This document shows, piece after piece, positions 35,001 to 44,520 of a stretch of 61,029 bases of DNA. Under the pieces are notes generated by a model that did no database searches, was not told the origin of the DNA, and saw nothing but the letters and a program-made list of their open reading frames with translations. The position numbers and the translations under genes are program-made. Origin of the DNA: an uncultured Gammaproteobacteria bacterium (lineage in GTDB: Bacteria; Pseudomonadota; Gammaproteobacteria; Magnimaribacterales; TMED112); NCBI GenBank assembly GCA_913020145.1, contig CAJWAI010000004.1:1-61029 (forward strand). Reading direction: 5' to 3'. Each line of letters starts with the position of its first letter. The first letter of the stretch is position 1.

Positions 35001-35169
35001 GTCTTGTTTTATTTCTATCTCTTCGGCAATTTTCTACTATTAGAGAAGCATTTTGACTTATATCTGGATTATTGATCCAATCATTTTTACTAATCAGCTC
35101 ACTAACAAGTTCATGCTCTTCTGCGTACTTTAATTTTTTTAAATCTTTGAAATAATCCTCAGTAGCCAT
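32083..35169 (-). CDS. putA: Bifunctional proline dehydrogenase / glutamate-semialdehyde dehydrogenase (no N-terminal RHH)
   Basis: EGVALMCLAESLLRIPD, SFDMLGEAA, IDAEE, RLVKGAYWD, FATHNA, YLVRRLLENGANSSF, AETGG, SAGQRCSA, GTGPKAGGP. Confidence 0.97.
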   Translation of the reverse strand: MATEDYFKDLKKLKYAEEHELVSELISKNDWINNPDISQNASLIVENCRRDRNKTRLDSFFLEYGLSNQEGVALMCLAESLLRIPDNQTCDEIIEEKIGGKKWLDHFNKSPSLFVNATTFGLFLAEQVVELDKSISVNPISWFQGLTSRIGDPVLREAIKKGMEILSEEFVSGIDIEDALEKFDSPKVPCSFDMLGEAARTQSDVDFFFDSYEDAIRKVGEKNALLSSSFHEISIKLSAIHQRYEATKKDRVMSELLERVYELCLQSAQHDIALTIDAEEQDRLELSLHLIKELASRKKIQDWGGLGLAIQAYGKRAPIIVDFVEELGSKRNGMMMRLVKGAYWDQEIKIHQTKGAPDLPVFTSKSFTDINYLASAKIISKTKNIRPYFATHNAHTIAGIMDLYKGREDQFEFQRIFGMGDLTYRNAKKVYKEFPLTRVYAPVGSKKELLPYLVRRLLENGANSSFVNKYLSKEIPVSDVVKNPIETASKNLEKRNFLKIVPRPMDIFSNRDNSKGFDFGDLEDIKELENSMKDFHDYGFKACSIIDGLDIAEGYEIKKTPFDNKRELGKVSYISTNKLKSLDLYSSDSSWLELNLSKKIKILNKVAIEIQSNRDKFFYLLANEAGKTLKDCDAEVRESIDFINYYCQQAEEIFTKKELEGPTGEKNYLLHAPKGNFLCISPWNFPMAIFIGQISAALVTGNNVTAKPAEDTSIIAYEIIKIFHDAGVPGSALQLIIGGKEIGNELTKNQFLNGLAFTGSSEAAKKINVNLATSDGPIKTLIAETGGQNVMFVDSSSLKEQVIDDIVRSAFLSAGQRCSALRVVYVQEEIAEEYWDYLDEALQELELGDPNDPTTDIGPIINESSLNKLNNHISKLKADKEFIECDKDCLKNGFFVKPIAFKIDNIKEIDGEKFGPILHFISYKSEEIDKVLEEVNSTGFGLTMGVHSRITEKANKIFEKAKVGNFYLNRDIVGAVVGVQPFGGQGLSGTGPKAGGPNYLKSFTTEKTFTDNVMATGGNIDLLNKNNQ

Positions 35170-35176
35170 TTTTCTA

Positions 35177-36082
35177 CTATTCAGATTTTGCTTGAGCGAA
35201 AGACTGTTTAATAAGTTTTTTTAGCCAAATATGACCAGGGTCACTATCATTTGATTCATGCCACGCCAAAAAGAATTGAGATGGAGCTACTTCAAAGGGC
35301 AGTGTTTTAAATGCTAAGTCATGTTTATTGGCAAATGATTTAGTACAAGTCAGAACCATATCAGTGTTATTTAGTATCTCAGGAGACACTAAATAATGTT
35401 GAGCTCTCAGAACTACTTTTCTATCTAACTGTAATTTTGCTAATGCATTGTCGACTAATGCCGCACCCTGACTTCTTGCCGACATTTTTATATGATCTAA
35501 ATCTAAATATTGCTCTATGCTTATATTCTTTTCTTTAGCTAATTCATGACCTTTTCTAAATCCGCATACGAATATATCTTCAAAAATAAGCTCTTTCTTT
35601 ATTTCTGAATCTGATGGAGGGAAAGGATCAACTGCAAAACTTACTTCATTTGCCGCCATTGCGTGTTTTAGGTCTTCACGACTGGTGTAGTAACTTGATA
35701 ATTTAACATTAGGAGCAGCCTCATGAACCTTCTGCATCAAAATTGGCAGAACTCTACCTTCGCTAATATCATTCAGTGATAACCTAAATTTTCTGCTTGA
35801 GACAGCAGGATCAAATGAGTCTGGCTTTTCTAAGCTGCGTTGTAAAATTGATAGAGCATCTCGAACATGAATAATAATGTTTTCTGTTTTTGCTGTAGGT
35901 CTAACTCCTTGTCCAACTCTGATAAATAGCTGATCATCAAAATATTCTCTTAACTTTGCCAATGCACTACTAACAGCAGGCTGTGTAATGCCAACAAGCT
36001 CTCCAGCCTTTGTTAGACTGCCCTCTGAATATATGGCATTAAAGATAACTAAGAGATTCAGATCTAGATTATTTAATTTCAT
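35177..36082 (-). CDS. LysR family transcriptional regulator (NodD/SyrM-like)
   Basis: LDLNLLVIF..GSLTKAG..ITQPAVSSALAKLR HTH, FDPAVSSRKF, WH...DPGHIWL. Confidence 0.95.
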   Translation of the reverse strand: MKLNNLDLNLLVIFNAIYSEGSLTKAGELVGITQPAVSSALAKLREYFDDQLFIRVGQGVRPTAKTENIIIHVRDALSILQRSLEKPDSFDPAVSSRKFRLSLNDISEGRVLPILMQKVHEAAPNVKLSSYYTSREDLKHAMAANEVSFAVDPFPPSDSEIKKELIFEDIFVCGFRKGHELAKEKNISIEQYLDLDHIKMSARSQGAALVDNALAKLQLDRKVVLRAQHYLVSPEILNNTDMVLTCTKSFANKHDLAFKTLPFEVAPSQFFLAWHESNDSDPGHIWLKKLIKQSFAQAKSE

Positions 36083-36090
36083 AAATAGCT

Positions 36091-36133
36091 TATAATTATT
36101 ATACGTAGAGTTATATTATAAGTAACATTTATA
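36091..36133. promoter_or_regulatory. Putative LysR-type operator palindromes in the divergent spacer
   Basis: TATAAT-T-ATTATA (36091-36103) and TATAA-N7-TTATA (36117-36133), both fitting T-N11-A; region is very AT-rich. Confidence 0.4.
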
Positions 36134-36166
36134 GTGTTTTAGAAATTTTTTTTATATATAAAAATT

Positions 36167-37381
36167 ATGAAATTTGAGACAACAGAAAAAATTGAGCATT
36201 ATCTTCCAAAAGTTAAAGATTTTATCAAAGATGTGGTAATGCCTATCGAGATGGAAATTCTAGCAAAAGAAATTCCAGAAAAAGACAGATGGCAGCCTTA
36301 CCCCGAATTAGAAGAATTAAAAAAAGAGGCAAAAAAACGAGGTTTATGGAATCTCTTTCTGCCCGATAGTGAATATGGTGCAGGTTTAAGTAATTTTGAA
36401 TATGCACACTTAGCTGAAGAAATGGGAAGGACTCATTTCGCTTCTGAAGCAATGAATTGTAGTGCACCAGACACAGGGAATATGGAAGTTTTGGTCCGAT
36501 ATGGTTCTAAAGAACAACAAGAAGAATGGCTTAAGCCACTTTTAGAAGGCGATATAAGGTCTGCTTTTGCAATGACAGAGCCTCAGGTAGCATCTTCCGA
36601 TGCAACAAATATGGAAGCAACAGCAGAAATAGTTAATGGTGAGTGGGTCATTAATGGACAAAAATGGTGGACTTCAGGTGCTGGCGATCCTAGATGCAAA
36701 ATTATGATTTTCATGTGTGTAACTAATCCGGAAAATGAACGACATCAAAGACACTCTATGATTCTAGTGCCGATGGATACTCCTGGAGTAGAAGTTCAGA
36801 GAATGATGCATGTATTTGGTTACGATGACGCTCCTCATGGACATGCACATATTAAATTTAACAATGTTAAAGTGCCTCATGAAAATGTAATTCTTGGAGA
36901 GGGAAGAGGTTTTGAGATTGCTCAAGGAAGATTAGGTCCTGGAAGAATACATCATTGCATGAGATCGATAGGTGCTGCAGAAGTTGCCTTTGAAATGATG
37001 TGTAAAAGATCATTAGATAGAAAAGCATTTGGGAAAGAATTAGCAAGATTAGGTGGAAATTTTGATGTGATTGCAGATTCGAGAATGGAAATAAATCAAG
37101 CAAGACTTTTAACACTATATGCGGCATGGAAAATGGATAAATATGGCAATAAGATCTCCGCAAGTGAGATAGCCCAAATAAAAGTTGCAGCTCCAATAAT
37201 GGCTTGTAATGTAATTGATAGAGCAATACAGATGCATGGGGGTGGTGGAGTAAGCCAAGATTTTCCTTTGGCAAGCATGTATGCACATATGCGATGTTTA
37301 AGGCTTGCTGATGGTCCTGATGAAGTACACCGCAGAAGTATAGCTAGACTTGAATTAGCAAAATTATTTGAAGATTCATAA
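36167..37381 (+). CDS. Acyl-CoA dehydrogenase (ACAD10/11-like)
   Basis: [62 protein letters not shown]. Confidence 0.96.
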   Translation: MKFETTEKIEHYLPKVKDFIKDVVMPIEMEILAKEIPEKDRWQPYPELEELKKEAKKRGLWNLFLPDSEYGAGLSNFEYAHLAEEMGRTHFASEAMNCSAPDTGNMEVLVRYGSKEQQEEWLKPLLEGDIRSAFAMTEPQVASSDATNMEATAEIVNGEWVINGQKWWTSGAGDPRCKIMIFMCVTNPENERHQRHSMILVPMDTPGVEVQRMMHVFGYDDAPHGHAHIKFNNVKVPHENVILGEGRGFEIAQGRLGPGRIHHCMRSIGAAEVAFEMMCKRSLDRKAFGKELARLGGNFDVIADSRMEINQARLLTLYAAWKMDKYGNKISASEIAQIKVAAPIMACNVIDRAIQMHGGGGVSQDFPLASMYAHMRCLRLADGPDEVHRRSIARLELAKLFEDS

Positions 37382-37782
37382 TGAAGGTAGAAAATAAGAT
37401 TCTTCCTAATGAAGAGCAGATAAAGGGTTTTACAGATGAGCCAGAAAAAGGCCCTATTAAAATGCTCAACCTTGTAAAATTAAAAAATCACGCTGAATAC
37501 GCTGACGGTAGAGAAACAAATCTTTCAGGTCTCGAAGCTTATATACTTTATGGTGAAGAGACAAAAAAACATTTAGAGAAAGTTGGAGCCGAAATAATCT
37601 TTAGCGGCCCAGTTTCAAGGCTAATGATAGGTGAAGCTGATGATATGTGGGACCTTGTTGCTATTGCTGAATATCCAAATAGAAAAGCTATGTTGGAAAT
37701 GATAATGGATCCTGATTACCAGGAAAGTGCAAAGCATAGAGAAGCAGGTCTTGAAGGACAACTTAATATCGAAATTCTGTAG
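37381..37782 (+). CDS. DUF1330 domain protein
   Basis: GPIKMLNLVK, SGLEAY..YG, WDLVAIAEYP, HREAGLEGQ. Confidence 0.85.
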   Translation: MKVENKILPNEEQIKGFTDEPEKGPIKMLNLVKLKNHAEYADGRETNLSGLEAYILYGEETKKHLEKVGAEIIFSGPVSRLMIGEADDMWDLVAIAEYPNRKAMLEMIMDPDYQESAKHREAGLEGQLNIEIL

Positions 37783-37786
37783 ATAA

Positions 37787-38848
37787 ATGAAATTTATTAA
37801 ATATCTATTTGTTGTTTTAATATTACTTGGAACATTATCTTATGGCCTTTTTCAGATATCGGGAGTTCAAGACTTCCTTGCTAAAAAATCAATTGAACAA
37901 CAATTTAAACAACGAAACTTATTTTCTGAAGAAGATGCTCTTTCGGCTTTAGTCTGTGGTTCAAGATCACCATTTCCAGACCCAGATCGAGCAGAAACAT
38001 GTATTTTAGTTAAGGCAGGACAAAATCTTTTTGTGGTTGATATTGGTGATGGCAGTATGTCGAATCTACAAAAGTGGCAAGTTGATCTAGGTAAAGTAGA
38101 TGCAGTGCTTTTAACTCATTTACATTCAGACCATATAGCAGACTTACCTGGACTTAATTTTGCTTCTTGGCTCGGGGGTAGATCAGAAAAATTAAAGGTT
38201 TTTGGACCTGAAGGTGTAGAAGTTTTAGTAGAAGGCTTCGAAAAAGCATATTCAGAAGATACCAAGTTCAGAGTTACCCATCATGGTGAGGGCGTCCTTC
38301 CTTTAGACACTGCTGGATATGAGCCAATAATTGTACAACCAGACAAACCCATAATTTTTGAAAAAGATAATCTAAAAATAACAGCTTTTACTGTTAGTCA
38401 CGAACCTGTTGAGCCAGCTTTAGGCTTTAGGTTTGATTATAAAGGGAGGTCAATACTTTTTAGTGGCGATACCATGGCTGATGAAAATGTAATTCAAAAT
38501 GCGAATGGCATCGATGTTTTATTTCATGATGCTATAGCTCTAGAACTTATTCACACTATTAGAGATATTGCCTCTGAATCTGGAAATGACACTCTTACGA
38601 AGATTTTGGATGATATACAGACTTATCATGAGAATACGATTAGGGTTGCTGATCTAGCCAATGAGGCAGAAGCAGGATATTTAGTTTATTACCATCTAAT
38701 CCCTTCTCCAAGATCAAGTCTAGCTGAAACTCTGTGGACCAGGGGGATTGATGAAGTACGAAGTGAAAATTGGATCTTATCAAAAGATGGGACATTAGTT
38801 ACTCTTCCTGTCGGAACTGATGAAATTATTTTTGATACTATAGAATAA
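37787..38848 (+). CDS. MBL-fold metallo-hydrolase (RNase Z/AtsA-like) with N-terminal anchor
   Basis: CGSRSP, VDIGDG, LTHLHSDH, VSHEPV, SGDT, YH, YYHLIP. Confidence 0.9.
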   Translation: MKFIKYLFVVLILLGTLSYGLFQISGVQDFLAKKSIEQQFKQRNLFSEEDALSALVCGSRSPFPDPDRAETCILVKAGQNLFVVDIGDGSMSNLQKWQVDLGKVDAVLLTHLHSDHIADLPGLNFASWLGGRSEKLKVFGPEGVEVLVEGFEKAYSEDTKFRVTHHGEGVLPLDTAGYEPIIVQPDKPIIFEKDNLKITAFTVSHEPVEPALGFRFDYKGRSILFSGDTMADENVIQNANGIDVLFHDAIALELIHTIRDIASESGNDTLTKILDDIQTYHENTIRVADLANEAEAGYLVYYHLIPSPRSSLAETLWTRGIDEVRSENWILSKDGTLVTLPVGTDEIIFDTIE

Positions 38849-38862
38849 TTTAGGAGGCCAGT

Positions 38863-39702
38863 TTGCTTAGTACCATAGACCACTTAGTTATCACTGTAGA
38901 TGATCTTTCTTCTGCTATAGAAGATTACACTAAAGTATTGGGTTTTCCTCCTACTTGGAGAGGAGAGCACCCTGAAATGGGAACAGAAAATGCACTTTTT
39001 CCATTTCAAAATACTTATCTAGAATTAATGGCAGCTAAAGGAGTTGGCCTATATGCAGATATAGTAAAAACACACCTTGAGAATAAAGGAGAAGGTTTGT
39101 TTGGTATGGTTCTTGGAACAAAAGACCTAGAAGCTTATAAAAATATTCTTACTGAAAATGGTATTGAGACTGGGGAGATCACTAAAGGAAAGGGATTTGA
39201 GCCTAATCTTAACTTAACTAGAACTTGGAAAAATCTATTTTTAGATCCATTGATAACTAGAGATCTTTTTGTTTTTCCAATAGAACATACTTCAGGGGAA
39301 TTACCACCTGTTAAAGAAGATATATCTCATGTCAATAGATTAGATGCCGCAGTCATTAATACAAATGATCCTGATGGTTTTATATCTCTATATCGAGATA
39401 AGTTTGGCATTAGATTAGCCTTAGATAAGGTTATTGAACAATGGAAAACCAGAATATTATTCTTTCGTATCAATAAAACTACTATAGAAGTTATAAATAA
39501 AGAAAACCAAGCACAAAAAGTACAGGATTCTCTATGGGGTCTTTCTTGGGCTGTAGACAATATAAAATCAGCGCATGAAAGGCTAGTAAGTAAAGGTGTA
39601 GAAGTGACAAATGTAAAAGATGGTATAAAACCAAAAACTCTAGTCTGCAGTGTTAAATCTCATACTAGAGGAGTTCCTACACTTTTAATCCAACATCTTT
39701 AA
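38863..39702 (+). CDS. Two-domain VOC/glyoxalase family protein
   Basis: IDHLVITVDDL, GEHPEMGTENALF, YLEL; second repeat LDAAVINT; AGGAGG SD before TTG. Confidence 0.87.
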   Translation: MLSTIDHLVITVDDLSSAIEDYTKVLGFPPTWRGEHPEMGTENALFPFQNTYLELMAAKGVGLYADIVKTHLENKGEGLFGMVLGTKDLEAYKNILTENGIETGEITKGKGFEPNLNLTRTWKNLFLDPLITRDLFVFPIEHTSGELPPVKEDISHVNRLDAAVINTNDPDGFISLYRDKFGIRLALDKVIEQWKTRILFFRINKTTIEVINKENQAQKVQDSLWGLSWAVDNIKSAHERLVSKGVEVTNVKDGIKPKTLVCSVKSHTRGVPTLLIQHL

Positions 39703-39736
39703 AAATAATGCTATATTCAAGGTCTAGGTACTAAAT

Positions 39737-40318
39737 ATGCGATATCTACATACCATAAATTCTTTATTTGCTCTTTGTTTTCTCTCATTTTCTATTTCTG
39801 CAGATGACTATGAATCGAGTATAGATACTGTCACAGAAAACGAGAATAATAGTTTGCTTTATATTGGGCTTGGCTCTGCAGATGACTCCGATATAGTTGG
39901 TGAAGAGCCATGGTCAGTAGGTTTTGTATTTCGAGATGAAAATAATTTCTATGGTCTTGATATAGCCGGCGAGGGAGTCAAGATAAACCAAGCGAGAGAT
40001 TATTATGAAGGAACTTATTATGTTGAATCTACAGAACAGGCAACTTCATTTAACCTTATCGCTGGAATTAAAGTAAGTGGAGACTCTAACTTTCGTACAG
40101 ATTTAGGTCTTTTAATCGGGATAGTAGAGCAGTCAGAGGAATGTCCTACTTCATATTCTGGATACAATTGTTACTACTCTTCTTATTACCAGAATCGGTC
40201 TGATGTTGAGTACACATTCAATTATGGTTTAGCTCTACATGCAACTTATGATCGAGTGACATTTGGAATCAGAGCCACAGGGGAAAGTACCCAAATTATT
40301 TTTGGATTTAATTTTTAG
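39737..40318 (+). CDS. Probable small outer-membrane beta-barrel protein
   Basis: Signal peptide, alternating beta-strand pattern, C-terminal FGFNF. Confidence 0.6.
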   Translation: MRYLHTINSLFALCFLSFSISADDYESSIDTVTENENNSLLYIGLGSADDSDIVGEEPWSVGFVFRDENNFYGLDIAGEGVKINQARDYYEGTYYVESTEQATSFNLIAGIKVSGDSNFRTDLGLLIGIVEQSEECPTSYSGYNCYYSSYYQNRSDVEYTFNYGLALHATYDRVTFGIRATGESTQIIFGFNF

Positions 40319-41420
40319 TATTCTTATAGGTGACTTTAAAGATTTGATTAGACCTATCATCTGAAATAAGCATAGAACCATCTTTTAAAACTAATGGTGC
40401 AGCAGGCGCGCCCCAAGATATCTCTTCTTCAAGCCATCCATCAATAAAAACTTCACTTGATTCAACTAACCCATTATTAGTTTTCATGAAAAGCACTCTA
40501 TAACCGACTTTTGATGATCTATTCCACGATCCATGTTGTGCTACAAAGATTCCATTTTTATAGTGATCAGGAAACATTGTTCCATCATAGAATTTCATTC
40601 CTATTGGCGCAGTATGTGCTTGAAAGTTCCAAACTGGTTTAGAAAATTCAAATCCTTCTGGAAGTTTAAAACCATCATCTTTGACGTCTGAACCATGAAT
40701 GTAGGGAAAACCAAAATGTTCGCCTTCATACTGTACTCTATTTAATTCACAGGGCGGTATATCATCTCCCATCCAATCCCTTCCATTATCAGTAAAGTAC
40801 ATCTCACCTGAAGTTGGATGCCAATCAAAACCAACACTATTTCTAACACCATCAGCATATATTGATAGATTATTATCCGAGAGCTTCAATATAGTGCCAA
40901 ACCTCTCATCATCTTCATCGCAAACGTTACAGGGAACACCTTCAGCTATATAAAGATTTCCATCAGGGCCAAAGTCAATCCACTTCCATCCATGCCAACC
41001 TTTTCTCATGGGGTTCCACATATCCTTTCTGGGTAAAGCATCAAAAAAGATTTCAGCTACAAGCCCGGTTCCTAGTTCCATTCTTTGTTCAATATTTTTT
41101 ATAACTAGAATTTTATCTACCTCAGCAATATATAAATTACCTTCATGAAGAGCTACACCACTCGGAGCATTTAAGTCTTCTAAAAGTACTAAAGATTTAG
41201 TGCTATTGTCTTTTTTTATGGCATAAACATTACCAGCAGAACGGCTACCTACAAAAATATAGTCATCTCCCTCAACCATTTGGCGGGGATTAATTATTTC
41301 AGCATTAAAAACCGATATCTCAAACCCTTCAGGAACATTTAATTTTGAGAGATCAGAAGAAATGAACTGAGACAGAAACATTGCAAATATGAAGATTATT
41401 TTTTTATGTAAAAAACGCAT
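40308..41420 (-). CDS. PQQ-dependent sugar/sorbosone dehydrogenase family protein
   Basis: HGWKWIDFGPDG, GVPCNVC, GVRNSVGFDW, DNGRD, AHTAPIG, HGSWNRS, ISDD. Confidence 0.92.
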   Translation of the reverse strand: MRFLHKKIIFIFAMFLSQFISSDLSKLNVPEGFEISVFNAEIINPRQMVEGDDYIFVGSRSAGNVYAIKKDNSTKSLVLLEDLNAPSGVALHEGNLYIAEVDKILVIKNIEQRMELGTGLVAEIFFDALPRKDMWNPMRKGWHGWKWIDFGPDGNLYIAEGVPCNVCDEDDERFGTILKLSDNNLSIYADGVRNSVGFDWHPTSGEMYFTDNGRDWMGDDIPPCELNRVQYEGEHFGFPYIHGSDVKDDGFKLPEGFEFSKPVWNFQAHTAPIGMKFYDGTMFPDHYKNGIFVAQHGSWNRSSKVGYRVLFMKTNNGLVESSEVFIDGWLEEEISWGAPAAPLVLKDGSMLISDDRSNQIFKVTYKNTKN

Positions 41421-41454
41421 TTTGTGCTAGTTTAATCTAATTAAGGGGATAAAT

Positions 41455-43941
41455 ATGAAATATGTAAACATTTTTTTATTTCTAGCATTTGCTATGAATT
41501 CTGCACAAACGATTCCGGACGATTTGACAGCAGAAAGATTGAAAGAGATGCCGGATGCAGTTGTAGATAGAATTCTTGATAGTTTAAGAGAAGAAGATGC
41601 AGATACTACAACAATAGACAGTTTTCTAAGTGATGGCGATTTTAAAACATATGATGGGTTTTTAAAGATACATCAAAAAGTAGGAAAATTAGAGAGATCG
41701 GACGATGAATACTATCTGGAAATAAAGGAAGAACAACTAAACTCAGAATTTATATATTTTGCTTACGTTTTAAATGCTCCCCAAGCAGCAGGAGTCAGAG
41801 GAGGAGCTATTGGTCAAGGAGCAGTATTAGAATTTAGAAAATTCAAAGATGGAATTGCTCTCTACAAAAAGAATACTTATTTCTCTAATGAAACTGATAA
41901 CAATATTGCCAAGGCAGACTTAACAAACATTATCGAGGCTTTTTTAGTTGAACTAGATATTGTTGCTGAGCAAGATGGAAGAGTCGTCATAAAAGCTGAT
42001 GATTTATTTATGGAAGAGATTTTAACTAGTGTGTCTCCTAATCTTCCGCCAGAGTATAGAAATCGTGTTGCACTGAATCTTGGAAAATTAGATGCAGATA
42101 AAACCTATGTTAACCAAGTTAGAAATTATCCAAAAAACACAGCTGTAGAAGTAAACTTTAGTTTTGAAAATACAAGGCCTAATCAAAGAAGAGCTGTTTA
42201 TGCAGTAGCAGACGCAAGATTTACATCGATTTCAGCAAGACATCTTTTTGTAGAGATGCCAGATCAGAACTTTACCCCTAGAGTAGCAGATCAAAGAGTC
42301 GGTTATTTCTCTCAAAGAGTTACAGACATGTCTACTTATGATAATTATCCCCAACGAGATTTAATTAATAGGTGGAGGCTTGTCAAAAAAGACCCAAGTG
42401 CAGAATTATCTGAACCGGTAAATCCAATTGTCTTTTGGGTAGAAAAGTCTACTCCAGAAGAAATCAAACCTATGGTAGTAAAAGGTATTGAGGCATGGAA
42501 TATTGCATATGAAAGAGCAGGCTTTAAAAATGCTGTGGTAGCTAAGATTCAGCCTGATGATGCAGAATGGGATGCCGGAGATATTCGTTATAACGTCGTC
42601 AGATGGTCTTCGTCACCAGAACCTGGTTTTTCTGGTTATGGTCCAAGTATTGGTAATCCAAGGACTGGTGAGCTGATAGCGGCAGATATTGTACAAGAAT
42701 TTAATGCCATTAAAAGAGGTTACAACTACAGAAAAATTTGGGGCTGGACTCCAGAAAATGATCCGCTGGAACAATGGATAGTAAGTCTTACGATGCATGA
42801 AGTTGGCCATACAATTGGCTTAAGACATAACTTTACTGCCAGCTATCTTTGGGGACCAAAAGAAATACACGATGTAAGCATTACTGGCGATAGCACGATT
42901 GCATCCATAATGGATTATGATCCAATCAATATAGCTCCACCAGGAATGAAACAAGGGAAATATTTTCCGACAGTGCCAGGTGAGTATGATAGATGGGCAA
43001 TTGAATTTGGGTATAGCCCAGAGCTATCTGACCAAGAAAGGGCAGAACTATTAGCTCTTTCGATTCTACCTCCTTATACATATGGAACTGATGGAGACAC
43101 AATGTCTTCTCCAGGAAGAAACATAGACCCAAGAGCAAAAAGATACGATATGTCCAGTGATGTTGTTACATATACTGCAGATAGATTTATCGTGCTTGAT
43201 AATAAAATTGCTGAGCTTAATGAAATTTTCTCTGATGAAGGCGAGAGTAAAAATGATTTTGCAGACACTTTCTATAGTTTAGTAAGAGACAAGGGAAGAT
43301 TTATGGATGCAGTATCAAGGCAAGTAGGAGGCGTTTATGTAACTAAACTAGTAAACGGACAGGACAGCGTTAATGCCTATGAGCCTGTACCTTACGAAAA
43401 ACAGAAAGCTGCAATGAATTTAATTATTAATAAATTCTTAGCAAATGGGGCATGGACCTTTGACCCAGCTATTCTTAAAAATCTACAAAGAGAAAAAAGA
43501 GCAACAGGATATTCCAGCACCGGAAATGAAGATCCTCAATTACATGAGATGGTAACAGGCATGCAGGCCCGAGTATTAGCAGCTCTTTTACATCCAGCTG
43601 TTATGACGAGATTGGTAGATTCTGCACAATATGGCAATACTTATATGCCTGAGGAAGTATTAAGCGATCTATTTAATGGTCTGTTCGTAAGAAATGAAGA
43701 TCCAGATACTTTTAAAAGGAATATACAGTCTGCTTATGTTGATGGTTTAATTTCTGCTTTTAAAGAAGATAGTGAATACGATGAAATATCAAAAGCAGCT
43801 GTCTTTACTTCTCTTACTAAGATACAAGATTTTACCAAAGGTAACTTTAGAGATAGTGAAACAAAAAGCCATTATCAGTACCTAAATTGGAAAGTAACAA
43901 ACTTCCTCGATGGAAAAGCTTTTAACTTTTTAGAAAAATAG
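41455..43941 (+). CDS. Exported zinc metalloprotease (metzincin, EcxA/DUF4953-DUF5117-like)
   Basis: PRVADQRVGYF, INRWRL, PIVFW, NPRTGELI, HEVGHTIGLRHN, SIMDY Met-turn; AAGGGGA SD. Confidence 0.92.
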   Translation: MKYVNIFLFLAFAMNSAQTIPDDLTAERLKEMPDAVVDRILDSLREEDADTTTIDSFLSDGDFKTYDGFLKIHQKVGKLERSDDEYYLEIKEEQLNSEFIYFAYVLNAPQAAGVRGGAIGQGAVLEFRKFKDGIALYKKNTYFSNETDNNIAKADLTNIIEAFLVELDIVAEQDGRVVIKADDLFMEEILTSVSPNLPPEYRNRVALNLGKLDADKTYVNQVRNYPKNTAVEVNFSFENTRPNQRRAVYAVADARFTSISARHLFVEMPDQNFTPRVADQRVGYFSQRVTDMSTYDNYPQRDLINRWRLVKKDPSAELSEPVNPIVFWVEKSTPEEIKPMVVKGIEAWNIAYERAGFKNAVVAKIQPDDAEWDAGDIRYNVVRWSSSPEPGFSGYGPSIGNPRTGELIAADIVQEFNAIKRGYNYRKIWGWTPENDPLEQWIVSLTMHEVGHTIGLRHNFTASYLWGPKEIHDVSITGDSTIASIMDYDPINIAPPGMKQGKYFPTVPGEYDRWAIEFGYSPELSDQERAELLALSILPPYTYGTDGDTMSSPGRNIDPRAKRYDMSSDVVTYTADRFIVLDNKIAELNEIFSDEGESKNDFADTFYSLVRDKGRFMDAVSRQVGGVYVTKLVNGQDSVNAYEPVPYEKQKAAMNLIINKFLANGAWTFDPAILKNLQREKRATGYSSTGNEDPQLHEMVTGMQARVLAALLHPAVMTRLVDSAQYGNTYMPEEVLSDLFNGLFVRNEDPDTFKRNIQSAYVDGLISAFKEDSEYDEISKAAVFTSLTKIQDFTKGNFRDSETKSHYQYLNWKVTNFLDGKAFNFLEK

Positions 43942-43959
43942 GTTAAATTATTCAGTCCT

Positions 43960-44036
43960 AGACCCGTAGCTCAGCTGGTTAGAGCGCTGTCTTGACATGG
44001 CAGAGGTCGTTGGTTCAAATCCAATCGGGTCTACCA
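43960..44036 (+). tRNA. tRNA-Val (anticodon GAC)
   Basis: Acceptor AGACCCG/CGGGTCT, D-arm GCTC..GAGC, anticodon arm CTGTC-TTGACAT-GGCAG, GGTTCAAATCC, encoded CCA. Confidence 0.97.
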
Positions 44037-44088
44037 TTTGACTTAATATAAATATAAGTTATATTACATTATATTAAATATTTATAAT

Positions 44089-44520
44089 ATGAAAAATATA
44101 ATCTTATTAATACTAATTTCGATATCAAATATTGTTTATACCGCAGAATATGAAGTAAAAATGCTGAATTTTGGGGCTGAAGGTGGGATGGTGTTTGAAC
44201 CTGGATTCCTTAGGGTTGAAGTGGGTGACACCATAAATTTTATAGCGACTGATATGTCCCACAATACAGAGTCTATTGCCGGTTTAATTCCTGAGGGAGC
44301 ACAGGGCTGGTCAGGCACAATCAATGAGAATGTAAGTGTCGTAATAGACAAAGAAGGTGTATATGTCTACCAGTGTACTCCTCATCTTATTTTAGGCATG
44401 GTAGGCGTCATACAAGCAGGAGAATCAGTAAATAAGGAAAAGGTAATGGCAAGTATAGATAAAGTAACTATCGCAGTTAACCAAGAAAGATTAACCAGCT
44501 ACCTTGATCAAGTTAATTAG
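44089..44520 (+). CDS. Pseudoazurin-like blue copper protein
   Basis: Signal peptide, VKMLN..GMVFEP, Cu ligands SHN and YQCTPHLILGM. Confidence 0.92.
   Translation: MKNIILLILISISNIVYTAEYEVKMLNFGAEGGMVFEPGFLRVEVGDTINFIATDMSHNTESIAGLIPEGAQGWSGTINENVSVVIDKEGVYVYQCTPHLILGMVGVIQAGESVNKEKVMASIDKVTIAVNQERLTSYLDQVN

Noticed and set aside
36867-37286. 139-aa antisense ORF, and the many other 60-130 aa ORFs nested in or antisense to genes (e.g. 30141-30524, 49084-49425, 53152-53460, 54696-55001)
   Set aside because: Entirely within well-supported genes, Ser/Phe/Leu/Ile-biased antisense composition, no motifs
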